The notes under the pieces were generated by a model. The model did not search any database, was not told where the DNA came from, and saw nothing but the letters and a program-made list of their open reading frames with translations. The position numbers were made by a program, and so were the translations under genes. Positions 56,496 to 64,000 of a DNA stretch of 64,000 nt are shown here, one piece after another. The stretch spans positions 741-64,740 of the forward strand of contig JACRBX010000202.1 of assembly GCA_016219225.1 (NCBI GenBank). The letters run 5' to 3'. The DNA is from Deltaproteobacteria bacterium. Its GTDB lineage: Bacteria > Desulfobacterota > RBG-13-43-22. Every line of letters begins with the position of its first letter. Position 1 is the stretch's first letter.

Positions 56496-57647
56496 TTACA
56501 ACGATTCCTGTAACAGCTCGGTTATATCTTTGACGACCAGTTGTTCTTCTTTCCCCGTCCCCTTGCGACTGTCTTCAAAAAGACTGATGCAGTAGGGACA
56601 GGCCGTGGCAAAGACTTCGGCTCCCCGGTCGGCGGCTTCGATCATCTTTTTATCAGAAAAGCGTTGTTCCGGCTTGGTTTCCATCCACAGACGGCCCCCC
56701 CCACCGCCACAGCAGAGGCTGAAAGCCTTATTTTGTCCAAATTCTACTAACTCTAACTCCGGAATGGCCTGCAGGAGTTCCCTGGGCAGATCAAAGACCT
56801 CGTTATGGCGGCCAAGATAACAGGGATCATGATAGATAACCTTTTTGGCCAAAGGTTTCTTGGGGGTCAGTTTCCCATCCTGGACCAATTTTGCCAAAAA
56901 CTGGGAATAATGTTGAACTTCAAAATCAGCTCCCAATTCTTTGTATTCTTTGGTGAAAGTCGTAAAACAATGGGGAGAAGTGGTAATGATCTTCTTGACC
57001 CCTTTTCCTTTGTAAAGGGCGATGTTTTGTTCTGCCAGTTTGGTAAACAAGGCTTCATCCCCTATTTTCCGGACGGCTTCGCCACAACAGGCTTCTTCAT
57101 TCCCGAGGATACCGAAGCTGACGCCGGCGGTTTTTAGTAATTCAACTATGGCTTTGGCGATTTTCTGGCTCCGCTGCTCATAGGCTGAGGTACAGCAGAC
57201 GAAGAGAAAATATTCGGTGTCCGGTCCAAAGAGGGGCACGTCCAACCCTTGAGTCCAGTTGATTCTTTTGGCCTTATCTTCCGACCAGGGGTTTCCCTGG
57301 CTGTGAACACTGCCCAGGATAGGACGAAGCCCCTGGGGAATGGCCCCGGTCTCGACGATCATGCTGCGCATGGCCCGGACTACATCGACTATTTTTACCT
57401 GACGGGGGCAGTTGCGGACACATAGATTACAGGTTGTGCAGGCAAACAGGATGTCATCGGATTCATATCCCTCCATGCCCAATTGGCCCATCCGAACCAG
57501 TTTTCGGATATCAAAGGGGGATCCTTCCACGACCCGGCCCCAGGGGCACAGGCCGGCACAAAGGCCGCATTGCATGCATTGATTCAGCGTATCTCCACCC
57601 GTAGCCACGATGGCCTGGTTGACTTCTATAAAGGGGGTAATCGACAT
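56496..57647 (-). CDS. HdrD/GlpC-like Fe-S oxidoreductase (two [4Fe-4S] motifs plus CCG domains)
   Basis: CMQCGLCAGLCP, CTTCNLCVRNCP, ACCGE, YHDPCYLGR, CCGGGGG, TACPYC; AAGGAG RBS. Confidence 0.92.
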   Translation of the reverse strand: MSITPFIEVNQAIVATGGDTLNQCMQCGLCAGLCPWGRVVEGSPFDIRKLVRMGQLGMEGYESDDILFACTTCNLCVRNCPRQVKIVDVVRAMRSMIVETGAIPQGLRPILGSVHSQGNPWSEDKAKRINWTQGLDVPLFGPDTEYFLFVCCTSAYEQRSQKIAKAIVELLKTAGVSFGILGNEEACCGEAVRKIGDEALFTKLAEQNIALYKGKGVKKIITTSPHCFTTFTKEYKELGADFEVQHYSQFLAKLVQDGKLTPKKPLAKKVIYHDPCYLGRHNEVFDLPRELLQAIPELELVEFGQNKAFSLCCGGGGGRLWMETKPEQRFSDKKMIEAADRGAEVFATACPYCISLFEDSRKGTGKEEQLVVKDITELLQESL

Positions 57648-57840
57648 AAACAGACTCCTTTCTTTGAAAAATTTAATTCGGAACGAGGCGAACTTGCCGC
57701 ATTCCGGACCTTTTTTGGCTATACCACTACCGCTCTGGAATTATCCGGTTTGGGGTTATTCCTTATCACAAGGTAAAAAGGTAAGTCAAGAATTTTCCAT
57801 GTAGTTTGTGGGCAAAAACTGCGGAAAGCCAGGGGGTATT

Positions 57841-57888
57841 AAAAAAAGGAGATGTCCTTCTTATTTGATTCGAAGCGGGACATCTCCT
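57841..57888 (-). terminator. Intrinsic terminator of the csgG-like gene
   Basis: Stem AGGAGATGTCC/GGACATCTCCT followed on the minus strand by a T-run. Confidence 0.65.
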
Positions 57889-57912
57889 CCCAATGGATGG
57901 ATTGGTGTATCT

Positions 57913-58629
57913 TTAATCCAACTCGATGGATTTCTTGGTTTTATCCCTTCTTTTGGATTCCTTGGCTGCGTAGGCTTGCATACAGGAATCATCTTTCCCT
58001 TTAACCAGGGAACATTCCAGATATTCGCTGATCTCTATGATGCAAGCCCTGATCGCTTTGCCTACCGGGGTTTTTTCATGCTTCCCAAGGTGGCCGGAAA
58101 CGCCTCCTATTGATCCTCCCAAAGATAACCCCATTTTTTCGGAAGTGGCTTCAACGGTTCGATTATCAACAATTTCACCGGTTTCAGTATCAATAACTTT
58201 TAAGTCTACGGCCATATAGGCTTTCCCCTTGCTCCCTCCTATGGTAAAACCCATAATGCCGATTCCGCCACCGGTGCCGCTGGTATCTTCTTCAAAGGCG
58301 GAAACAGTCCCTGACACCAGATACTTGGCCCCTTTAATCTTGCCGATTTTGGCCCTGGTTTTAGGATCTATCCTTCCGGAGGCCCCTAAGTTTTGTTCAC
58401 CTATAACCGCATTGATTTCTTTTCGTTCTAAAACCTGGAAGGCTTTGGTACTGGCCAATTCAGAGGCCAGCATATCTTGCAGTTCGTAACCCATGTTGCC
58501 CGTCCACCAGCCGGCATGGGTTTGATTGGTAAATCTAAGGACCCCGATCCTTGGTTTTTCATCAGCCCAACCTAATGAAAACGAAATCAGAACCAAACCC
58601 AAGATAAGGAAAACAATACTTTTTTTCAT
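57913..58629 (-). CDS. CsgG/HfaB family exported protein
   Basis: Signal peptide, RIGVLRF.N, FQVLERKEI.AVIGEQ.L, GAKYLVSG.VSAFE, VDLKVIDTETGEIV; GGAGG RBS. Confidence 0.88.
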   Translation of the reverse strand: MKKSIVFLILGLVLISFSLGWADEKPRIGVLRFTNQTHAGWWTGNMGYELQDMLASELASTKAFQVLERKEINAVIGEQNLGASGRIDPKTRAKIGKIKGAKYLVSGTVSAFEEDTSGTGGGIGIMGFTIGGSKGKAYMAVDLKVIDTETGEIVDNRTVEATSEKMGLSLGGSIGGVSGHLGKHEKTPVGKAIRACIIEISEYLECSLVKGKDDSCMQAYAAKESKRRDKTKKSIELD

Positions 58630-58660
58630 GACGCCTCCTGCTATCTATTAGATTCATAAT

Positions 58661-58771
58661 AAACCCTCATGCCCCTTGGCACCACGAAGCATGAAAATGC
58701 GAATATCGAATATCGAATATCGAATAATGAATGTCGAAGTAAGGTTGGTTTTGAACTCGTAACCCGTAACT
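58661..58771. repeat. Family B module plus (GAATATC)3 and GTAACCC heptamers
   Basis: Read directly. Confidence 0.85.
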
Positions 58772-58891
58772 CTATTTTCGTACTAAAAAATAGCATATTG
58801 AAAAGGGGATAGCAACAAGTAATAGGGCTCCGGGAATAAGAAAAAGGGCTTCCCATTTTTTTTCTTTTAAATTATTATCAATCCGCTTATA

Positions 58892-58938
58892 ATACCACTT
58901 ATTGTAGAATAGATCGCCATTTTCCCTATCTGTGGTAT
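58892..58938 (+). promoter_or_regulatory. Tandem NrdR boxes
   Basis: ATACCACTTATTGTAG (58892-58907) and TCCCTATCTGTGGTAT (58923-58938) resemble acaCwAtATaTwGtgt, lie 31 bp apart, and sit upstream of an RNR gene. Confidence 0.65.
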
Positions 58939-59042
58939 TAAACCTGCCAAGCAGGCCTGTTTCCTGCAAAGTCCGCTATGGCGGACAGGTTTCGCGAAGA
59001 TAATAAATATCATCTAAAGCATTCAAGAAAAGGATTTAAGTA

Positions 59043-61229
59043 ATGACGGCTCAGACTTCCCCCCTCGTTTTAACCCCCAATGCTAAAATCGTATTGAACA
59101 AACGCTATCTTAAAAAAGATAACCAGGGCCAGGTGATCGAAAAACCTGAAGATATGTTCCGGCGGGTGGCCCAGGTCGTGGCCTCGGCCGATGCCCTCTA
59201 CGGACAGGAGGATCAAGCCAAAAAGTCCGAAGCATTATTTTTTCAGATCATGACCCGGATGGAATTTTTGCCAAATTCCCCCACCCTGATGAATGCCGGC
59301 CGGTCTTTAGGCCAGCTTTCGGCCTGTTTTGTCCTCCCGGTCGAGGACTCCATCGACAGTATCTTTGAGGCCATAAAACAAACGGCCATTATCCATAAAA
59401 GTGGGGGGGGGACCGGATTTTCATTTTCCCGGATCAGGCCTGAAAAAGATACGGTTAAATCCACCCACGGGATTTCCAGCGGTCCCATTTCTTTTATGAC
59501 TGTTTTTGACGTGGCTACCGAGACCATCAAACAGGGTGGGACCCGCCGGGGGGCCAATATGGGCCTGCTGCGGGTGGACCACCCGGACATTGAAAAATTT
59601 ATCGAAGCCAAATTGCAGACCGACCGGTTAAGCAACTTCAATCTTTCAGTTTTGATCCCCGACTCTTTTATGGAGGCCGTAGAAAACAACCAGGAATACG
59701 CCTTGATCAATCCCCACACCGGTCAAAAGACCCGGTCGGTTTCTGCCAAGGTCATCTTTGACAAGATTGTCGATTCGGCCTGGAGAAGCGGAGAACCGGG
59801 TGTGGTCTTTATCGATCGGATCAATCGGGACAACCCGACCCCACACTTGGGGCCCATCGAGGCCACCAATCCCTGCGGCGAACAACCTTTACTCCCCTAT
59901 GAGTCCTGCAACCTGGGATCGATCAACCTCTCCCGGCTGGCCAAGAAAGGGGAACTCGACTTTAAGAGACTGAAAACCCTGGTTCAGGCGGCCATCCATT
60001 TTCTTGACAATGTTATTGATGTCAATAAATATCCCCTGCCAAAAATCGAGAAGATGAGTAAGGGGAACAGAAAGATCGGCTTGGGGATCATGGGGTTTGC
60101 CGATCTGTTGATCCAGTTAGGCGTACCGTATAATTCTCCCCAGGCGGTGGACCTTGCCGAAAAGATTATGGGCATTATTGAAACCGAGTCCCGACAGACT
60201 TCGGAACGGTTGGCCAAAGAAAGAGGGAATTTTCCAAATTTCATTGGGAGTATTTTTGATCAGCCGGATAAAAAGATATCCGGCATGCGGAATGCCACCA
60301 CGACAACCATTGCCCCTACCGGGACGATCAGCATTATCGCCGGTACTTCCAGCGGAATCGAACCCCTCTTTGCGGTCTCCTACTTCCGGACGGTGTTAGA
60401 TGGGACCCGGATGGTTGAAGTCAACCCCTTTTTTAAAAAAATGGCCAAAGAAAAGGGGTTTTATTCCTCTCAATTGATGGAACAAATCGCCCAGGAAGGC
60501 TCCATCCAGAATATTCCGGGCATCCCTGACGATATCAAGGCCCTTTTTGTTACTTCCCATGACATCAGCCCGGAATGTCACATCCAAATACAGGCCGCTT
60601 TTCAAAAGTTTACCGACAATGCCGTGTCCAAAACCATCAACTTCCCACATGAAGCCACCCCGGAGGATATTGAGAAGGCCTACTTGATGGCCTATCATCA
60701 GGGGTGTAAAGGGGTGACCATCTACCGATACGGCAGCCGGGAAACCCAGGTCCTGAATCTTAATAAATGCACCGACACATCCAAAATCAGCCCCCGGCCG
60801 CGTCCTACCCGGACCCTTGGGATTACAGAACGGATTTCCACAGGTTGCGGTAAACTTTATGTGACCATTAATTCCGACGAGAAGGGGATTTGCGAAGTCT
60901 TTGCCCAGATGGGTAAGACCGGCGGATGTGCTTCCTCTCAAATTGAAGCTACGGGACGTTTGATTTCTTTGGCCTTGCGTTCCGGGATCAGCCTGCCATC
61001 GATTATGAAACAGATTTCAGGTATTCGTTGCCCGTCCCCAACCTGGGGAAACGGCCACCAGGTCCTTTCCTGTCCGGATGCCATCAGCCGGGTGATCAGC
61101 AACTATACCCAGGCGAAAATCGAAGAAGATGAAAAAATCATGGGCTCCTGCCCGGATTGTGGAGGGCAGGTGGTTCATGAAAACGGCTGTCTGACCTGCC
61201 ACTCCTGCGGCTTTTCGCGGTGCAGCTAA
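59043..61229 (+). CDS. nrdJ: Class II (adenosylcobalamin-dependent) ribonucleotide reductase
   Basis: [39 protein letters not shown]; C-terminal SCPD domain and CPDC..CHSC ribbon; no adjacent nrdB. Confidence 0.93.
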   Translation: MTAQTSPLVLTPNAKIVLNKRYLKKDNQGQVIEKPEDMFRRVAQVVASADALYGQEDQAKKSEALFFQIMTRMEFLPNSPTLMNAGRSLGQLSACFVLPVEDSIDSIFEAIKQTAIIHKSGGGTGFSFSRIRPEKDTVKSTHGISSGPISFMTVFDVATETIKQGGTRRGANMGLLRVDHPDIEKFIEAKLQTDRLSNFNLSVLIPDSFMEAVENNQEYALINPHTGQKTRSVSAKVIFDKIVDSAWRSGEPGVVFIDRINRDNPTPHLGPIEATNPCGEQPLLPYESCNLGSINLSRLAKKGELDFKRLKTLVQAAIHFLDNVIDVNKYPLPKIEKMSKGNRKIGLGIMGFADLLIQLGVPYNSPQAVDLAEKIMGIIETESRQTSERLAKERGNFPNFIGSIFDQPDKKISGMRNATTTTIAPTGTISIIAGTSSGIEPLFAVSYFRTVLDGTRMVEVNPFFKKMAKEKGFYSSQLMEQIAQEGSIQNIPGIPDDIKALFVTSHDISPECHIQIQAAFQKFTDNAVSKTINFPHEATPEDIEKAYLMAYHQGCKGVTIYRYGSRETQVLNLNKCTDTSKISPRPRPTRTLGITERISTGCGKLYVTINSDEKGICEVFAQMGKTGGCASSQIEATGRLISLALRSGISLPSIMKQISGIRCPSPTWGNGHQVLSCPDAISRVISNYTQAKIEEDEKIMGSCPDCGGQVVHENGCLTCHSCGFSRCS

Positions 61230-61233
61230 TCTT

Positions 61234-61300
61234 AGTTCGGAGTTCAGAGTTCGGAGTAATAAGTCTTTTGCTCCGAACTAATCACTCCGAACTCATAACT
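61234..61300. repeat. Inverted GAGTTCG / CTCCGAA heptamer arrays
   Basis: Read directly. Confidence 0.8.
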
Positions 61301-61310
61301 TAAATAATAT

Positions 61311-62051
61311 ATGCTGATCCCCGTCTTCGATACCCACGTCCATTTAGACCAGTTGAGCGACCCGGAAGGGGCTGTCCAACAGGCCCGGGAGGCTGGTTTG
61401 GCCGGCATCGTGGCGGTAGGCACGGATCTTAAATCCAATGAGAAGATCCTGGCCTATTCGAGGAAATATCCCGGCTATGTTTTTCCGGCCCTGGGGTACC
61501 ATCCCTGGAATATTACGGTTTCGGGAATAAGGGACAATATTAATTTTCTTCGGGACCACCTGGATCAGGCCTTGGCCCTGGGGGAGGTGGGATTGGATTA
61601 TAAGGTTTCGGTGGCCAGGGAACTTCAGCATTGGATTTTTAAGGACTTGTTGGAACTGGCCTGGACCATGAAGAAACCGGTCATCCTTCATTCCCGGCTA
61701 TCCCATGAAAACGCCTTCGAGTTGATCCGCAGACAGACCCTGGAAAAGGTCGTTTTTCATTGGTACAGCGGACCGATGGATACGTTAAAGGCGTTGCTTT
61801 TGGCGGGCTATTATATTTCGGCTACTCCGGCCCTGTCCTATAGCCCCAAACATCGTGAAGCCGTAGCCGCCGCCCCGTTAAAACAGATCTTAATCGAAAC
61901 CGATGCTCCAGAGGTTTATCAAGGGGAGGCTTCTTCCCCGGCCCAGGTGTTAAAAACCCTGGCGGAGCTGTCCCGTATCAAAGGGATTGAAATGGACCAG
62001 GCCGCTTTAAAAACTACCCAGAACGCCAGAGAATTTTTTGGAATTTTCTGA
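61311..62051 (+). CDS. TatD family hydrolase
   Basis: DTHVHL, GYHPW, GEVGLDY, ILHSR, FHWYSG, ETDAP. Confidence 0.93.
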   Translation: MLIPVFDTHVHLDQLSDPEGAVQQAREAGLAGIVAVGTDLKSNEKILAYSRKYPGYVFPALGYHPWNITVSGIRDNINFLRDHLDQALALGEVGLDYKVSVARELQHWIFKDLLELAWTMKKPVILHSRLSHENAFELIRRQTLEKVVFHWYSGPMDTLKALLLAGYYISATPALSYSPKHREAVAAAPLKQILIETDAPEVYQGEASSPAQVLKTLAELSRIKGIEMDQAALKTTQNAREFFGIF

Positions 62052-62084
62052 CTCACATCCGGAAAAGATATTTCCGGATGTGAG
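62052..62084. terminator. Perfect 14-bp hairpin after tatD
   Basis: CTCACATCCGGAAA-AGATA-TTTCCGGATGTGAG; no clear U-tract. Confidence 0.45.
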
Positions 62085-62166
62085 CAATCAGCAATCAGCT
62101 TTCAGAAAATCATTGAAAGAAGGGCTTTTGCTGACCGCTGTACGCTAACAGCTATGTAAACTATCT

Positions 62167-63063
62167 ATGCCTGAGACTTATCAACCCAAACCGTATCTTG
62201 ATTTCAAGGGCACCGCGATTCTTGTGACCCTCTGTCTGTTGTGGGGTCTGAATATGGCTGCCATCAAGTTCAGCAATAAGGGATTGGAGCCGATTTTTAC
62301 TGCGGGTCTTCGTTCCCTGGTTGCTTCCGGGTTAATGCTTTTATGGACCTTTTACCGTAAAGAACCCCTCTTCCCCAAGTCCTTAAGGATCATCCACCCC
62401 CTGACCGTCGGTCTTCTTTTCGGGATAGAATTTGTTTTTATCTATGTGGCCCAGCGGTATACCCTGGCCAGCCGTTCCTTTGTTTTTTTATATACCCACC
62501 CTTTCTGGGTGGCCTTGGGGGCCCATTTTTTGATCCCCGGGGATCGGTTGACCTGGCGTCGTCTAAGCGGTTTATTATTGGCTTTTCTGGGTCTTGTTTT
62601 TGTTTTTTCCGAAGGACTCCAGCAGTATTCATCCGAAGTATTATTCGGTGATTTTTTGATGATCCTGGCGGCCCTGAGCTGGGCGGCTACGACCATATAT
62701 GTCAAAAGATTTTTAATTCAGAAATGCACCCCTTTTCAGACCCTGTTATACCAAATTCTGTTTTCAGTTCCTATCCTGTTTCTATTGAGTTTTATCCTGG
62801 AAAAGGACCCGATCCGAACTATCGATACGACGATTTTCCTTTCCTTCTTTTATCAAACCGTTATTGTGGCCTTTTTAAGTTATTGGGCCTGGTTTTATTT
62901 GATCCATATTTATCCGGTAACTATCCTGGCCACCTTTTCATTCCTGACCCCCATATCCGGCGTCTTTATCAGCAGTTTGATATTAGACGAACCCTTGAGC
63001 CTTTGGTTATTACTTTCCCTGACCCTGGTTTCTATGGGGATTTATTGGGTCAATAAAAGATAA
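62167..63063 (+). CDS. DMT/EamA family transporter
   Basis: About 10 TM segments, LLWGLN, AGLRSLVA, FSFLTPISGV..S.LILDEP. Confidence 0.92.
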   Translation: MPETYQPKPYLDFKGTAILVTLCLLWGLNMAAIKFSNKGLEPIFTAGLRSLVASGLMLLWTFYRKEPLFPKSLRIIHPLTVGLLFGIEFVFIYVAQRYTLASRSFVFLYTHPFWVALGAHFLIPGDRLTWRRLSGLLLAFLGLVFVFSEGLQQYSSEVLFGDFLMILAALSWAATTIYVKRFLIQKCTPFQTLLYQILFSVPILFLLSFILEKDPIRTIDTTIFLSFFYQTVIVAFLSYWAWFYLIHIYPVTILATFSFLTPISGVFISSLILDEPLSLWLLLSLTLVSMGIYWVNKR

Positions 63064-63065
63064 AA

Positions 63066-63674
63066 TCAGCAAAAATTCTGTGTGATATAGACCTTTCCGT
63101 CCGGGGCAATGGCCGCTCCGATCCCCTGCCGTTTCCAGTGGGGGGCAAGGATATTTTCCCGGTGGTCCGGACTGTTAAGCCAAATTCCCAGCGCTGTTTC
63201 GGCGATCTTTTCCAGAGAACTCCAGTTATAATGAGCCCTGCCGTTCACTGTGGTGATCGAATCATACAGGGTGGTTTGCAGTATGTTCTCCGCCCCGGCA
63301 GAAAAAACCTTACCCATCGGAACGCTACAGGCGTATCCGCCCTGTTGGTAGCGAAAGGGGAAATCGTGTCCTTCCGGAGAAGTGTGGGCAAAATACCTTC
63401 TTTCGGCCATATCCCGGCTGTGTTTCCGGGCTATCCCTGCCAGTCCGACATCCCATTCCATTGGAGACAACCGGTGTTTTCGCCGTTCTCGATTGATCAG
63501 GGCGTGAATCTGTTTTTCGAGGTCCATGATACTGATCTCGGGCCTGGTTTTGGTTTGAGGAAGATAGGTTCCCCGATCTGCTTGTGGCAAGACGCAGGAA
63601 ACGATGGGGACCGTCATGGCCACCAACAACACCCAGACTATGGCCGGAGGAACCGGTAATAGAAATTTTTTCAT
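63066..63674 (-). CDS. CAP (SCP-like) domain protein, probably exported
   Basis: LINRER, ARKHSRDMA..YFAH.SPEG, AGENI, WLNSPDHRENIL, YITQNF; start taken at MKKFLL. Confidence 0.88.
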   Translation of the reverse strand: MKKFLLPVPPAIVWVLLVAMTVPIVSCVLPQADRGTYLPQTKTRPEISIMDLEKQIHALINRERRKHRLSPMEWDVGLAGIARKHSRDMAERRYFAHTSPEGHDFPFRYQQGGYACSVPMGKVFSAGAENILQTTLYDSITTVNGRAHYNWSSLEKIAETALGIWLNSPDHRENILAPHWKRQGIGAAIAPDGKVYITQNFC

Positions 63675-63747
63675 GACATTAATCAAAGTGAGCTCCTTTT
63701 CTCCTTGACCTCTTTGGGGGCTGATCTTATATTTTATTTCAAAATGT

Positions 63748-63840
63748 AGTTTCAAGTTTCAAGATGCAAGTTTTCAACTTACAAGAGTAAAAACCTTGAA
63801 TCCAGTCCAGGGTTTTCGCTTTGAGCTTATTTCTTGAACC
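63748..63840. repeat. Dispersed repeat family A
   Basis: 63748-63771 is identical to 39584-39607; 63813-63840 is identical to 13123-13150. Confidence 0.85.
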
Positions 63841-63884
63841 GCAACAATTGGTGAATTCGTGAAAAGTCGCTGAAACCCGCATTA

Positions 63885-63963
63885 CGTCATTCCGGCGAAA
63901 GCCGGAATCCAGGGTTTTTTAATTTCAGAATAGTTCTGGATTCCGGCTTTCGCCGGAATGACG
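63885..63963. repeat. Family C palindromic element
   Basis: CGTCATTCCGGCGAAAGCCGGAATCCAG...CTGGATTCCGGCTTTCGCCGGAATGACG. Confidence 0.9.
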
Positions 63964-64000
63964 GAGCGATTGTCGGCGCTTTTTGAAAAAGCTAAACTGA

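Noticed and set aside
57913-58629. Curli biogenesis system
   Set aside because: Only a lone CsgG/HfaB-domain gene is present; no csgA/B/E/F neighbours.
58940-59040. Cobalamin riboswitch before nrdJ
   Set aside because: The leader is short and has no recognisable B12-box; only small palindromes such as GTCCGCTATGGCGGAC are present.
774-63659. Many long antisense or alternate-frame ORFs in the track (e.g. 8316-9224, 13645-14661, 22137-22994, 33293-34030, 63138-63659)
   Set aside because: They overlap well-supported genes, have no recognisable motifs, and are typical shadows of codon bias.
6217-64000. Possible CRISPR array among the repeats
   Set aside because: No run of identical 23-47-nt repeats separated by similar-length unique spacers, and no cas genes.

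Overview
Bacterial window that looks like an anaerobic deltaproteobacterium (Desulfobacterota-like; this is inferred from gene content only). Positions ~0.4-50.5 kb form one co-directional (+ strand) acyl-CoA catabolic region. It holds six family III CoA-transferases, five AMP-forming ligases, three acyl-CoA dehydrogenases (one resembling non-decarboxylating glutaryl-CoA dehydrogenase), three complete Liv-type ABC importers plus an orphan binding protein, two GntR regulators, a carboxyltransferase, a crotonase, a MaoC dehydratase and a BKACE enzyme. It also holds two copies of a module made of a Cys-less HMG-CoA-synthase-like/DUF35 fusion, a thiolase and an ACAD, plus a Cys-less thiolase/DUF35 pair and a degenerate PaaK-like ligase coupled to a divergent LplA-like protein. 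Positions 51-64 kb are mostly housekeeping genes (hisI, hisG, TPR lipoprotein, aminotransferase, engB, HdrD-like Fe-S protein, CsgG-like protein, nrdJ with tandem NrdR boxes, TatD, DMT, CAP). The strongest non-coding signal is that almost every longer intergenic spacer is a mosaic of 7-nt (sometimes 9-nt) tandem repeats of many different units, often in inverted pairs. These are interleaved with several dispersed palindromic repeat families. I recognised no rRNA, tRNA, CRISPR array, integrase or transposase. All protein calls rest on motif recognition by eye; no database search was run.
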